Shown: positions 29,401 through 41,600 of the stretch, one piece after another
Layout of the letters: each line of letters starts with the position of its first letter
Numbering within the stretch: the first letter of the stretch is position 1
Assembly (NCBI GenBank): GCA_040954595.2
Contig: CM082576.2
Span: 15,671,028-15,735,027, forward strand
Origin: Balanoglossus misakiensis
Taxonomy: Eukaryota > Animalia > Hemichordata
Reading direction: 5' to 3'
DNA: 64,000 nucleotides
The notes under the pieces: generated by a model
Told to the model about the DNA's origin: nothing
Database searches by the model: none
The model's input: the letters and a program-made list of their open reading frames with translations, nothing else
Position numbers and translations under genes: made by a program

Positions 29401-32400
29401 TGCATTTTTCTTCCTGAAATTTCACACAAAAAAAGAGCGCCTGATAATGAATATAGTTTCAGGGATGTTTACCCGCTACACCAACAAAGATACTCTGAAA
29501 CAGCCACTGATCACATCCATAGTTGCCCTTTAAAATCATATGTGGCAGTTCTGAAAAATAGTTTCTAGGTTTTCCTGCTGCTTACAGGAATAATGTACAT
29601 TTCGGAGGGGGAGGGGGAGACCCCTGATATCAAAGAGGCATATCTTTTCTTTTCTTTCTCATCACAAGTTTGATTCAGATGTTTATTTCCAACTGCTGCA
29701 TTAAAACTGCTTAACTGAAGATTCAAAAAAAATCTTTATCAAGCTGGTTGTAGTACTAAGGTCAGAGGTACATGCTATTTTAAGGTCTTTGACGGAAGTT
29801 TGAAAATCAGGGTGTAAATTGGGGGAAATTTGACATTTCCTGTTAATTAGCATGACTAAGTTTTACCAACTTTTTGGTTGACATCATCCAAGTAAATGAA
29901 TTTCCCCAAATTTTCAAAGTAATGTTTCACGTTGAGCATATTTAAACAATGACTGGAATGGGTACTACTGGAATTTGTCACACTAACCAATTTGCCATGC
30001 ACGACTAACCAGAACAAGATGATGCATGCGTATTTCTGAATGTGTGGTATAAATTTGGAATTTGAAAGCTTGTTGTGAAATGCATTGTTTTCAAATAATG
30101 CTTCACTTAATACTGAGCTTCTTATTGAGAAATAAGTATAGACAAATTCATTCACCAAAATGAAATTAAACTGTTTGTAACACGACAGTAGAAATAAATA
30201 ACTTGAAGGCAAATAACAGGTTTGCAGCAAAGTAGAAATGAACAAAGCAAACAAACCAGCTGCATTACAGACGACCTCATCTGACCTCACTTGGTTCGAC
30301 TTATTTTTTGGACTCTGCACTTTATAAATAAGTGATCCAGGTATTCCGTAACAAATCACAGCATGTAACTCATGGAGACTGTGAAGTAATTCAGAGTTGG
30401 GAAGCAGTGGCTACAACCTACCAATTATACTATTTTTAGAAGAAAAAAAATAGGTCGGAATATTTGTGGGTTACGTGGCCACTTGGCATCTATTGACTCT
30501 CCATAAGACTTGGATTACTGCAGTTATGTGAAGAATTCAAAGGGTGTGTTTGTAGTGCAGGCCCACTAGTAGTATGGCCTTCTAGGAATGATTCAACTCA
30601 GCCAACCTTTATTTCAAGTGTTGAAAGTGGGGTCATTAAGTTGACTGTGGGGATTATTTTTCATAACAACATGGCGAGAAATGCTTGGTTGTGTATAGCG
30701 CCCTCTATGGGCCATGATATGTTACCACAAGATATTTTTTGCAATTATTCTGTTGTTTGTACCGATAAATGTTAAAAACATAGGCCTGCCTGGGCCTAGT
30801 TGAGAGTATACATGTAAACATGCAGCAATTTTTGTAAACTTTTATATAACAATATTCCAGCCTTCTCTCTAGTAAAGTGAGTATACCTCAGTGCTATGTT
30901 GTTTCCATGTCAGACGTATGCCACTAATTAATCTAACAAATGACAGTAAGCCAATTATTATATATACATAGAGCAAGTTTGTTTGCCCCACATCAACATT
31001 ACATGTCATATTTGTTCAATTGGCTTTCTACTTGTGAAGGATCTGTACAATTCACATCTTTAGGATACTAGTGTGTGGAAAAGGTTTGTGTCATCCTCAG
31101 AAGACAAGCAAAGACAGACAGACAGACACATACCTGTACACAGAGACAGACAGACAGACAGACAGACACACACATACATTTACTTAGATGTTAATGTACG
31201 TTGTTGGATACAAACTGACCCCATAAGCACCTGTGGTACATCTACATACACCAAATAGAAGCTCTATAGTCGTACAGCTCAGACAGAATTTCCAGGTTAT
31301 TAAAAGGTCAAGGTACGGGGTGCTTCAGTCCATTTTAGAAAAAAAATATAAATGTCAGTGCAAATTCTTGGTGTGTTTTTTCATTTGGTTTCGGAGAACT
31401 CCACAAGTACATTTGTTTTTCAGTTATAGGTATTCCAAAATATGAAACATTTTAGTAGGTATAGCAGTTTGTGTTTAGCCACTGCAGTGGGACAATGTAC
31501 ACCTGTATTTTTCCCATGTTGTGATAAATGAATTAATCACCTATGGAATTAAAATAAATTTGGTGGGATTTTAAGTGCCTTCCTCTCAACTTTTGGAAGT
31601 CAGTGTGCAGTGGTTGAATACACACAAGGCTGACAAAGTTAAAAATCTGGGATGGCATTCCACATGACCTCACCCACACACTTCTTCGGGTTTTAGTTGA
31701 ACGATTCGGAAAGATGTTCTGGTTTAGTCACTGCAGCAAATTTTCTTTTTGAAAATAACCCCATTGTGTTTGACATTCTGGAAGCCAATCTTTATGATTT
31801 TTACACAACGATTAAAAATGTCTGAACACTAAGCTTACGGCAGTCAGGTGAAATGGAAAGACCTTACAGGCCATTAAAATGCAGGAAAGCCTTGGTTGTC
31901 ATGGAGCAAATGAATCGTTCATAGCTTACGCAGGATTGGGTCATGACCTCAAATCTTTGGAGTCTGTTCGTCTCTTCCTTTGTTAGTTTTTGTCCACTGA
32001 TCAAGGCGACCACTGATAATTAATCAAGATTTAACAGTGATTTTGTTAAGGGCGGTTCCTAGGTAAAATCTACCGGAGTTCCCCAATCATTTTACCGGGA
32101 TTCCCCTGGGTGTATCAATGCAGTTAAATTAGGGGGGTTGTAGAAATGTTACCGGGGTTCCAAAATCCATAACCAATGTTTCCCAAAACCTTAGCAAAAA
32201 CACTGACTGATTGCTAGTATTACACAGACTTTTGGGAGCTACTTTGACCTAACAGACTATTGAAAATAAAGAAACTCCACTTAAAACACGAATTTCTTGA
32301 AATTCAGTCAATGTATTGAAATGAGGGTAATTCCACTTGATGACGTCCAGTTTCCCCTTAAAAAGAGTTCAACCATTTAATTTCCCCTGACAATAGTTGA

Positions 32401-35400
32401 CATTGTCGTTATCAATGTCAATGAAGTCCATGTGCTACTAAGACATTCTAGGAATTGAAACCTCTCCAACTTCTGCCACTTGGTGGCGGTAATCATTGCA
32501 CAAATTCAAACACCACCCACAGTAAAATAAAAAAATCTGTTTAGCGTGAACCCACGGTGAAGCAATGCAGACTTACATGTATGCCCAAACGCAGTTTCCT
32601 TGGCAACCATCAGACAAGTGAATTCAGTCAGGAATGACATCATCACTTCACGTATTGTTGCAATGCCTACCAGCATGCAAATGCATTTTACCTTGCTGTC
32701 TACTGTTATTGATATCTCTGGTCGAATTGATACTGAGTTTGTACTAAAACATCAATGTCAAGATTCCTGCGTTGATTTGTGATTCAACAAGATTTAACAG
32801 TCTCTCCACACATTCCAAATCAGTTTCACTTATATTGTACACAACGCAAATTTGTTTACAGTACAAGCAAAGGTGACAAACAATCGAGATCCACGTTTAT
32901 GAGAAATCAAAAAGATTGCAACTAAACCCTGCTGCAACGAGAGAACCCAGTAATGTGAGACCCAGGAATCGAAGCTGTATTGTATTACGAAACAAGTTGA
33001 CGTGACGACCACTGTACGTTACGTTGTATTTTTTTACCCAAGTGTGACAGAAACCAGTTCAGGCTTATCTGAGTAATGGCTCCAGACAGTTGCATTGGAA
33101 ACTCTAAAAGAGAGAAAAGCCTTGGCTATATAATTCCCTACAGGCAGTTGTCCTCCAGGGTTGCGGAGTGCCATTCTATCCTGTGTAAACAATCTGCTCG
33201 AAAAGTGGCATTTAGAAATGGAACATTAGGGTGAAAGAGGGCTGTACAACTCAAGAGTATGAGCGTGTAATCCCTGGGCACTTATCATGTATGTCAGTGG
33301 CCTGTCTGATGACTATCATGTGACTATCTCAACACTTGATGAGTGGTAAATGCTGTATTTGGGGATATCTAAGATGCCTTGACTTTGACAGAAAATAATA
33401 GGGCTGAGGACAAACAATGTACATGTACAATGTACATGCGTGTCAATATTACAAGTGACAGGCACTGATAGACAGACGACTCACAAAGTGCACTGCGAGG
33501 CCTAGTGACAAACAGCCCTCATTCTCAAATACAGTCAAAACTGTGTATAGTGGCCAGTCAAGGGACTTTCCTAAACTGGCCTTTATAGACAGGTGGTCTT
33601 TATAGAGTGGTCAATTAATACACATGTAAGTTGAACAGGGACTGTAACATTGTGGCCACTATATTGAGGTGGTCACTAACACAGGTTTGACTGTATGAGA
33701 ATTTCTTCGATATAATAATTATAGTTACAATTGAACTTACACTTCTATCTTCTGATCCAGTGACAATGTACTTGGCACAGGGGCTGAAGGCTAATCTGCA
33801 GTTGTGGACTCTATTCAAATGACCATCATATCTCCTAACACACCTGCAGAAGAAACAACATTCCAGTAAAACGTTTTTTCAAGTGTACAAACTTGTACAA
33901 ACAACTTAGTCTCTAGTCCTCCAAACTAATTCACAGTTGCATCGGGAGCAACTTGTGATGATGTTGTTGCGGCAGCTACTATTGGCTGCATGGTAGAGAT
34001 ATTAATGGTGATAACGTCCAGTGTGTGATTAGCCAAATATCAGTCATAATATGAGGCTAAGAATGCACTTTTAAACACCCAACATGAAAATCTCAAAACA
34101 ATCAGCTGACAGAAATGACTTGGACAGTCTTTTTGACAGGTTCTAAATCTCTAAGTTCTCACCTGTTACTTCGGAGATCCCACAGTTTTATACCATCAGT
34201 GGCTGCAGCTGTCACAAACAGATCATAGGCACTTGCTGGGTGTGACACATAGGATGAACCCTGCAGAAACCAAAGATTATTAATTATACCAGTGTGTGAG
34301 AGTTAGCCTAATCTGTGTTTTATACATGTACAAGTGCAGTAATTTTGTTACGAGCAGTACTCAGGCAAATGTTGCCGGGGTTCCCAAGCCATTTTATCAG
34401 GGTTCCCATAGTATCAAAGCAGTCATATTTATGAGCAGCAGAAGTGTTACCGGGATTCCAAAATTATATACCAAATGTTTCCCAACCTTAGCAAAACACT
34501 GATGACGTGGTGTGTGACATGACAGACAAAAATTGCCATGACATTGTTTTACAGGATGTTTGAAATTTTGCTGAATATTTGTAAAACTCAAGAGTGAACA
34601 TCTGCATGATTGTACAAGTTTCACCCTGTGCTACAACTTCGTTTGTTAGAGTCGACAACATTATTTGTAATAAATTTTATTATTGAATAAAAGCTTGACA
34701 GTTCCTATCAAGTCTGATTAAAGAGGTGACTTTGATTATAAATGGTTGAACATGGACATTGACTGTGTAATTAAACACTCTCAATTTATCATCAAACCAG
34801 ATTAGCTGTGCACATGCGCCACGTCTGTTCTGTTCCAAATCTGAATGAAATTATTTTCACTAATAAATGCCAAGAAATGGACAATACAACACAATTCCCT
34901 GTATTCAATAAACTGTTGAATGTTTTTCGAAAATCTTACCTCATTTTGACAGATTGTATGTACAGGTTTGGAGTGGACATCTTGAAGGATCCTGACACTC
35001 CTGGCTTCATTCATGTCAAACACCTCAATTGATTTGTCAGAACCACCACAAAGAACAATATCTGGTTAATTTTGTTCAGGAGGTCAAAGTTATTTTTCTT
35101 GGTTCAAATGAACATTTTCCTCAATAATATACATGCTGAAATCACCGTGCTTAATCACTTATGATATCAGAAGCTATTGAGCAATTCACACAGAATTGTG
35201 AACTTGCACATTAACCCTAATGCTACTGGGTGCCATACCTGTTTAGAGTGTCAAGTCCCTTAAAAAACGTATTTGCCACTTTTTCTTCCAAAAGTAAAAC
35301 GTATTTTGACTGTCTTGACATGGCTCTCATACGCACTTAGACACACTTGGCAGTCTGAGCCCCCTGTAAAATGTACCAAATCGCACTAGTTTGCACTGTA

Positions 35401-35526
35401 TTGGTTTGAGGCCCTACTGAATAACACGTGTGTGGCAGTCTAACAGGCCTGGGAGCCAGGATTCTAGGCACCCTTGAAATCAAACCAGTTTCAACTGACT
35501 TGCCAGCATTAGGGTTAATGATTTTA

Positions 35527-35606
<80 letters not shown>

Positions 35607-38600
35607 TCCTTTCTCAATCTTGAGAAATTTACAATACTGTCGGCTTTAGCTGCACAAAAAGGATACAGGAATGGAAACCATTGACGGATGAAAAGGCTGT
35701 AATATGCTGAGCTCTGTCCATCTGGAAAGACTTCACTAACTTATATCGGTTGTTGGTTTGATATCTGCAATGAAAATTAATGTGGCTTTGTGTGTTTGGA
35801 CTGAAAATGCTACAGTGCTAACAAATTTAAAAATACTACTTTCCACTGTTACTATATATAAGCAAGAGAATTATCAAGTGTGCTTGTTGTAATAGTCAGA
35901 ATACATGCCTTTTTTTCCAAATGGCCATTAAAATCCAAAGATACCAAGTAGTGTGTGTATTCATAAATGTTTATTCACATGACTAACATGACACTGTTGC
36001 AAAGTGATACATTGGCCTTTTTTTCGTGTCACTGCTTGAAATTGTGAATGTTTGTGTGAATAAACACTGAGTTTGTAAAGACAGAATTCTGTAATGCACG
36101 ATTGACAATATTGATGTGTCATTTCAAATTGTGAGACTGAGAAGGTAAATCATAATAAAATGTATACAATGGAATAATCCCCAGAAGCCATAAGATGATG
36201 TCATTTTAAAAAAGATGGGTTCACGATTAAATTTTGACCAAATTTATTTCAAGACCTCACCTTTTGATATCGTCCTTGGGTTTCTCATCCAGATGATACT
36301 TGTACATGTTAAAGGTATTGCCAGCTGTCAGGAGTAGAAATTTGTCCACATAGTAGAATCTGGAATGTTTGATTTCCTTTGAAAATGTTGGATTACTCTG
36401 AAACATCAAATGAATGATAAATCATTGTAGAGAAATTACCCACACTCCTTGTGTACTTACACTTTTCGGGTCTTGTGTTTGATTGAAATGACTCATCTTT
36501 CAATAATCTGAGAAATACGGTTCTTTAATGGACAAAAATTATAGTTTATTTATTTATTATGTTATATGGACAGCAGTTCTTTTGATAAGTATTTCACTAG
36601 TTTGGTCTGTGCAATGGCTAGTTTTCTTGGTAAGGTATTATTCAGCTTGTAAACAATGTGTGTACATGTGTAAAGTGCACTATTATTGTTGACGATTGAA
36701 TCAACTTTAATTTCAGTAACAACACTGCTATATTTGGCAAATATCTATTAGCACCCCAAAAACGATGACAAGAGATGGGTGGGTCTTTCTCTTCAATCCA
36801 CATTCCTCCCCTCCAATCTCTACATCAGATTTTAATCAGATTGTCACATTTTCTATTGTCCGAGGCATACATGTAATTGAAATGTTTAGAATGTCCAACC
36901 TACTTAACCTATATATAGAGTGCACATTACATGAAACACACAATTTTATCACCAAAGATTGCTTTTTGAATTGATAAATAAATCTACTGACCTTGTCTGT
37001 TGTTTTCACTCCTTCTTTTTCTGCATTAAAGTTGTGGCAGACTTTGTCAATCGTCAAAATGGGTTCCGTCTGACCTTTACACCAAAGTCTGGCCGTCTTG
37101 TCATCAGACGATGTCAACAACCATTTATTATCGTGGCTCCAGTGGACAGAATTCACTGCACCATTGTGCCCTATTGATGCACACAAGATGAAGTTTTACA
37201 GCTGTAAAATTGCTTTCTCTGGGAAATTTCCACCTTGTCTTGCTACCAAATATAAAGTGACCATTAGATATGTTAGGTCTTCAAACATGTGTGTACATGT
37301 ACATTTGTGGAGATTCTGTCTTACCAACAAATTTCAGTATAGCTCAAAATTAACCAGAATTAATATCCTGTGAAAAAATCTCAATCAGTTCTTCAAAATT
37401 TAAGGGCTTTTGCTAACACAATGACTTAATTTCATCAAAATTTGAATTTTACACATACATTATACCATACCAGTACCAAATCAACATAAAGACTTAATTG
37501 CTGTAGCAGGCATGAATGATTTTCAGATTTGAAAGCCCACAAAAAATCAGTCTGACAAATGTCATTTATACAGGGTATTTAGGGAATTTTCAAATAATAA
37601 CCGGACAAATAAGGATTCATGTCAGGAAATTACATATTACAATATTACAACTAAAAACTATTCCTATAGATGCATAACATCAAAGTTCTTCCACATGCCT
37701 GTAAATGCTGTCCCTTTTCCAGTAAGCGGCATTTTAAACACTTGAGATGACTTGTTGGAAAGACCTACAGCCAAATTTTGACCATCATCTGTGAATGAAA
37801 CAAATACCATTACGGTGTCACTTATTCATCAATATCAATAACTGAAACATCATGCCATGATCAATTTTTAAATTCTGAATTTTGTTAATCACATTGTAAT
37901 AGGGAAATCCAGTAATGTCACACTTACTGAATCCCATAGCCCATGGCAAAGTGGTATATGGTAATATCTTATTTTCCAGTTGTCAACTGAAAGGATCCAA
38001 GAAGTTCATGAAATATATTCTTTGCTTACAGCACAATGCTAAAGAATTAAAACTAATGGTAGATTAATAATGGAAAGTAAAGATCATTTCTATCAAAATT
38101 TACACATCATTTCATACCTGAGAATGCAATGCAGTTAATTGGAGATGGTTGTTCAGTGACAGTCAGTTTGACTTTCAAAGTAGTTGGATACTCAGCATCC
38201 ATTGGATAATCCTTGAAAACAGTTCTGGAAGTTTGTGGAAAATTATGAAACAGACTTCAGAAATTACTGAATAACTTAGTGTCACCATTAACATTAGGGC
38301 TATTTGTTCAGTATTTCTGTTTGATGTTTCAAGTGCAATTTCTAGTTGAATTCTAATGTCTGAATGTCAAGTGTTTAGCCTTCTCAAATTAAAGTCTGGA
38401 CAAAATTCATTTGTCAACAATAACAATAGTTGTCACACAGATAGAGGCTGTTTTTAACAAGCAGAACACAATATAAAAACATGTAGTGCAATTTTTGCGT
38501 GTGGTGAATGAATTTTTCTGATGATAGTCTGCTGGCCACAGGTGCCGATCAGATACCGGTAACCATAGTAAAAACATATTATGGTATGCTGGCGTGGCCA

Positions 38601-41600
38601 ATTTTAGAAATGACCAGGACCGGGATAGACTCACCTGCTTCCAGATCCTGGTTTTGGAGTTTTTGCACTTGCGCTTTCCTTCGGTTTGTTTGTCTTGGGT
38701 GAAAACATTGTCCTCCTAAATACACCCAGAACAGACAGAAAAGATAAATACAACTTACACATTGCTCTCCAGAAAGCTACTGGAACTCATTTCTTTGTTG
38801 TTTAGGCAATGTGAGACAAAAAGCAACTTTTCAACATTTCTTCATTCTTCGATATCAAATGACGTCAGACACGCTCAGGCGGTAGTTGCGTTGGCATTCA
38901 AATTTCCAGATGACGGGCAACTTCAACAACGTGGTACAGACAAAGACTGTGCAGACGAAATGCAATGAGGCTGATGAGGCACCATACCTGATACATGTTA
39001 CGTGTCTGGCGGTTCTAAAGTAAAAACATACTCGGAAAAACTTTTACTGGATACCAAAATATTGCTTGCCCGTCACCTGGAAATGACAACGCCGTGGGTC
39101 ACACAGCCAGATCACGTGATTGATAGTAAAGAATTCAAATAGCAATAAAGATATGAAGCAGTTTCACTATTCACTTTACTTCTCTAAAATTATTTTAGAA
39201 CAGAATACATGTATTTCTATCATGTAACATGGAAATTCAGTGAAGTCATGTGCAAAACAATAGCTGTAGTACTGGTATTATACATAGTTTGCTACAGGCT
39301 GTCACCTTCCTTATAAAAACACAAAACACATTTTTTCAGAGATTTTTGTTTTACCTCGGTGCATCTGTATAACCAGATGACTTTATCTTAGACTTAAACG
39401 TCAGTGCTTGGTCCTCAGTAACGCTCGTCTTTTTCATCCCTGCCGGTGGCCACAGTTTTCCTTTCTTAATCGGTGCAGTCTCTTTGGCCTTGGGAATCAA
39501 CTCTGATTTGAGTGGAGAATTGGTGAGAAGAGGAGTACTGCAGGAATGAGAAAATATCAACAGTAAGTCTTTTGTCATATTAAAAAAGCTATAAAATGAA
39601 GCACCACTCAAGAAGTAGTAATTTTTAATTGGACTTTGTGTTCACCTCTTACACATCAATCTGCCATGGTAACTGTAAATATAGATTTCCATAGGTGACC
39701 GTATACCTTTCAGGAAATAGGTATATAATACTAACTTTGACAGAACTGTAATTGCTTCAGTTGTAACATCTTCCATTTGATCAACCACCTCTCTGTGTCC
39801 TCCACCATCTTCAAAATGTAACTTTTCTGAGAACAATTCTGTCATTTTTTCTTCTTTGGTTGGTAAGCAGCTTGGATGTTGTATCTTCAGGACATTGACG
39901 GTTTTCTGAAAGAGGCTTCCAGCAAGACACCAAACCTACAAACAGGTTGACAAAAATATATATGAACTTATGAGATGTGTTATTTAAAATTATAACACAC
40001 TTTATGCCCAGCCTGTGTTATATTTGATCAGAATAATCATTTCCTTACAGTCACATCAACCACTATAAAATGGGTCATTTTCACTACAGGAAATTTTCGC
40101 AATATCATTAGAGGCAACTGACTTACACTAGGATTAAATTTTCGCGTTTTCGGATTTCACTTCATCGTTATCTCCGAAAAACATTTTTACCTGATTTTTA
40201 TTTTAACGTTTTTTTACCTATTGCATACATGCATTTTGCGAAAATTTATTGCTCACGAAAATAACCCGTTTTAACAGTATACATAAAATGTTTACCTTTA
40301 AATTTTTTGAAATGTATGTAAATTATGAACAAATCGCACAATTTGACATGTATGTAAATTATGAACAAAATGCACAAATATGTTATTTGCATTGACATAA
40401 TATATATATATGATATATATATTGACATATTTATGAATGGTGGTATGAAGTAAATTTTGAACCCCTGACAACCAAGTCAGCCAGGGTAACTTTTGACCTA
40501 CTTGTCTGATATCTTCAGCTTGTGCAAATGCAAATGAACCAGACACAGATATACACTTCTCTGTCTCTTCAATGGAACTCTCTGATGGTAGTGGGTCTAT
40601 TAACAGATAACATGACACGCAACTTGAGTAAAAAATGAACGATACTACAATAGTACTACCTGTAATTTAAAACAAACCACTAAGTAGTCAATCATTTCAA
40701 TCACATCAGCATTACCACATTTGCAAACTGTATTAGACCTATCCTTAGGGTTTTCACTGTGCTGACTGTATTCATACTGAGTTGAACAAAAAACAAATTC
40801 TCAGTGAGGAGTAATACATGCATAATATACATGTAGTAACTGACCTTGAAAATCTGTGAATGAAGCCACTTCATAGCTGTGTGAATTGACTTGTATCAGT
40901 GCAGTGGATGTGGCAATCAAAAGCATTGGTGCTTTTTCCAGTAGATCTCTGCAATGTAACGGTAAACCATTTTTATTTGGTTTATAGGTCACATTTTGTG
41001 TGACAATTTCAACACGTAAATCTTTTCATATTCTGACATGATATATTACAGCCTTAAATATAGACACCCTCATTGGATTCAATCACAAAACATAGTTACA
41101 TCAGTGTTCGAAATTCATAGGAAATATCAACCAGTCACCAGGATTGGCAACTTCAAAAAGTTGCCAGACCTGCGAAAAATTAACCAGTCCTGCATGCCTT
41201 ACAATTAAATGTAATCAAATACAACTGAGAAGCTATTACCTTATCTGTGAACAATTGAAGATGGGATGGAATCATCTTTCTCTTTACATTACTTTGATTT
41301 GATAATTTTCAAACTTTTACATCATTGTTTCTTTTATTTGCAATACATGAACTGGGGAAAGTCTAAAAGATACCATGATACCTCTGGTCAACTCCCACGC
41401 TAAATTCAACCTGTCTGTCGGACTGGTAACATTTTATTTTTACCAGTCCTACAGAAAAACAACCAGTCTCGGACTGTCGGACAGGCTTTATTTCGTACAC
41501 TGGTTACATGATTTTTATTGTAAAGAAACTGCTAGAGGCAAGTCTAAATAATGAATCTAGATAAACGGCCATAATCTGGTGATTAATTTGACCAGTTTCA

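Larger units (their letters stand above)
35062..35666 (-). other. U12-type (minor spliceosome) GT-AG intron of WDR27
   Basis: 5' splice site T|GTATCCTTTT; branch-site-like TCCTGAAC (35081-35074) about 12 nt from the CAG acceptor; no polypyrimidine tract; the flanking exons join in frame (HS-Y-IVL). Confidence 0.85.

Noticed and set aside
29856-30359. 167 aa minus-strand ORF
   Set aside because: AT-rich, Phe/Leu/Ser-biased composition typical of random intronic frames; non-ATG start.
32610-32650. Minus-strand GTGATGA...CTGA box C/D-like motifs
   Set aside because: Only ~40 nt between the boxes, no terminal stem and no recognisable guide.
35337-35649. ORFs MCVCVCV.. and ..HTHTHT
   Set aside because: Translations of the (CA)n microsatellite plus MITE.
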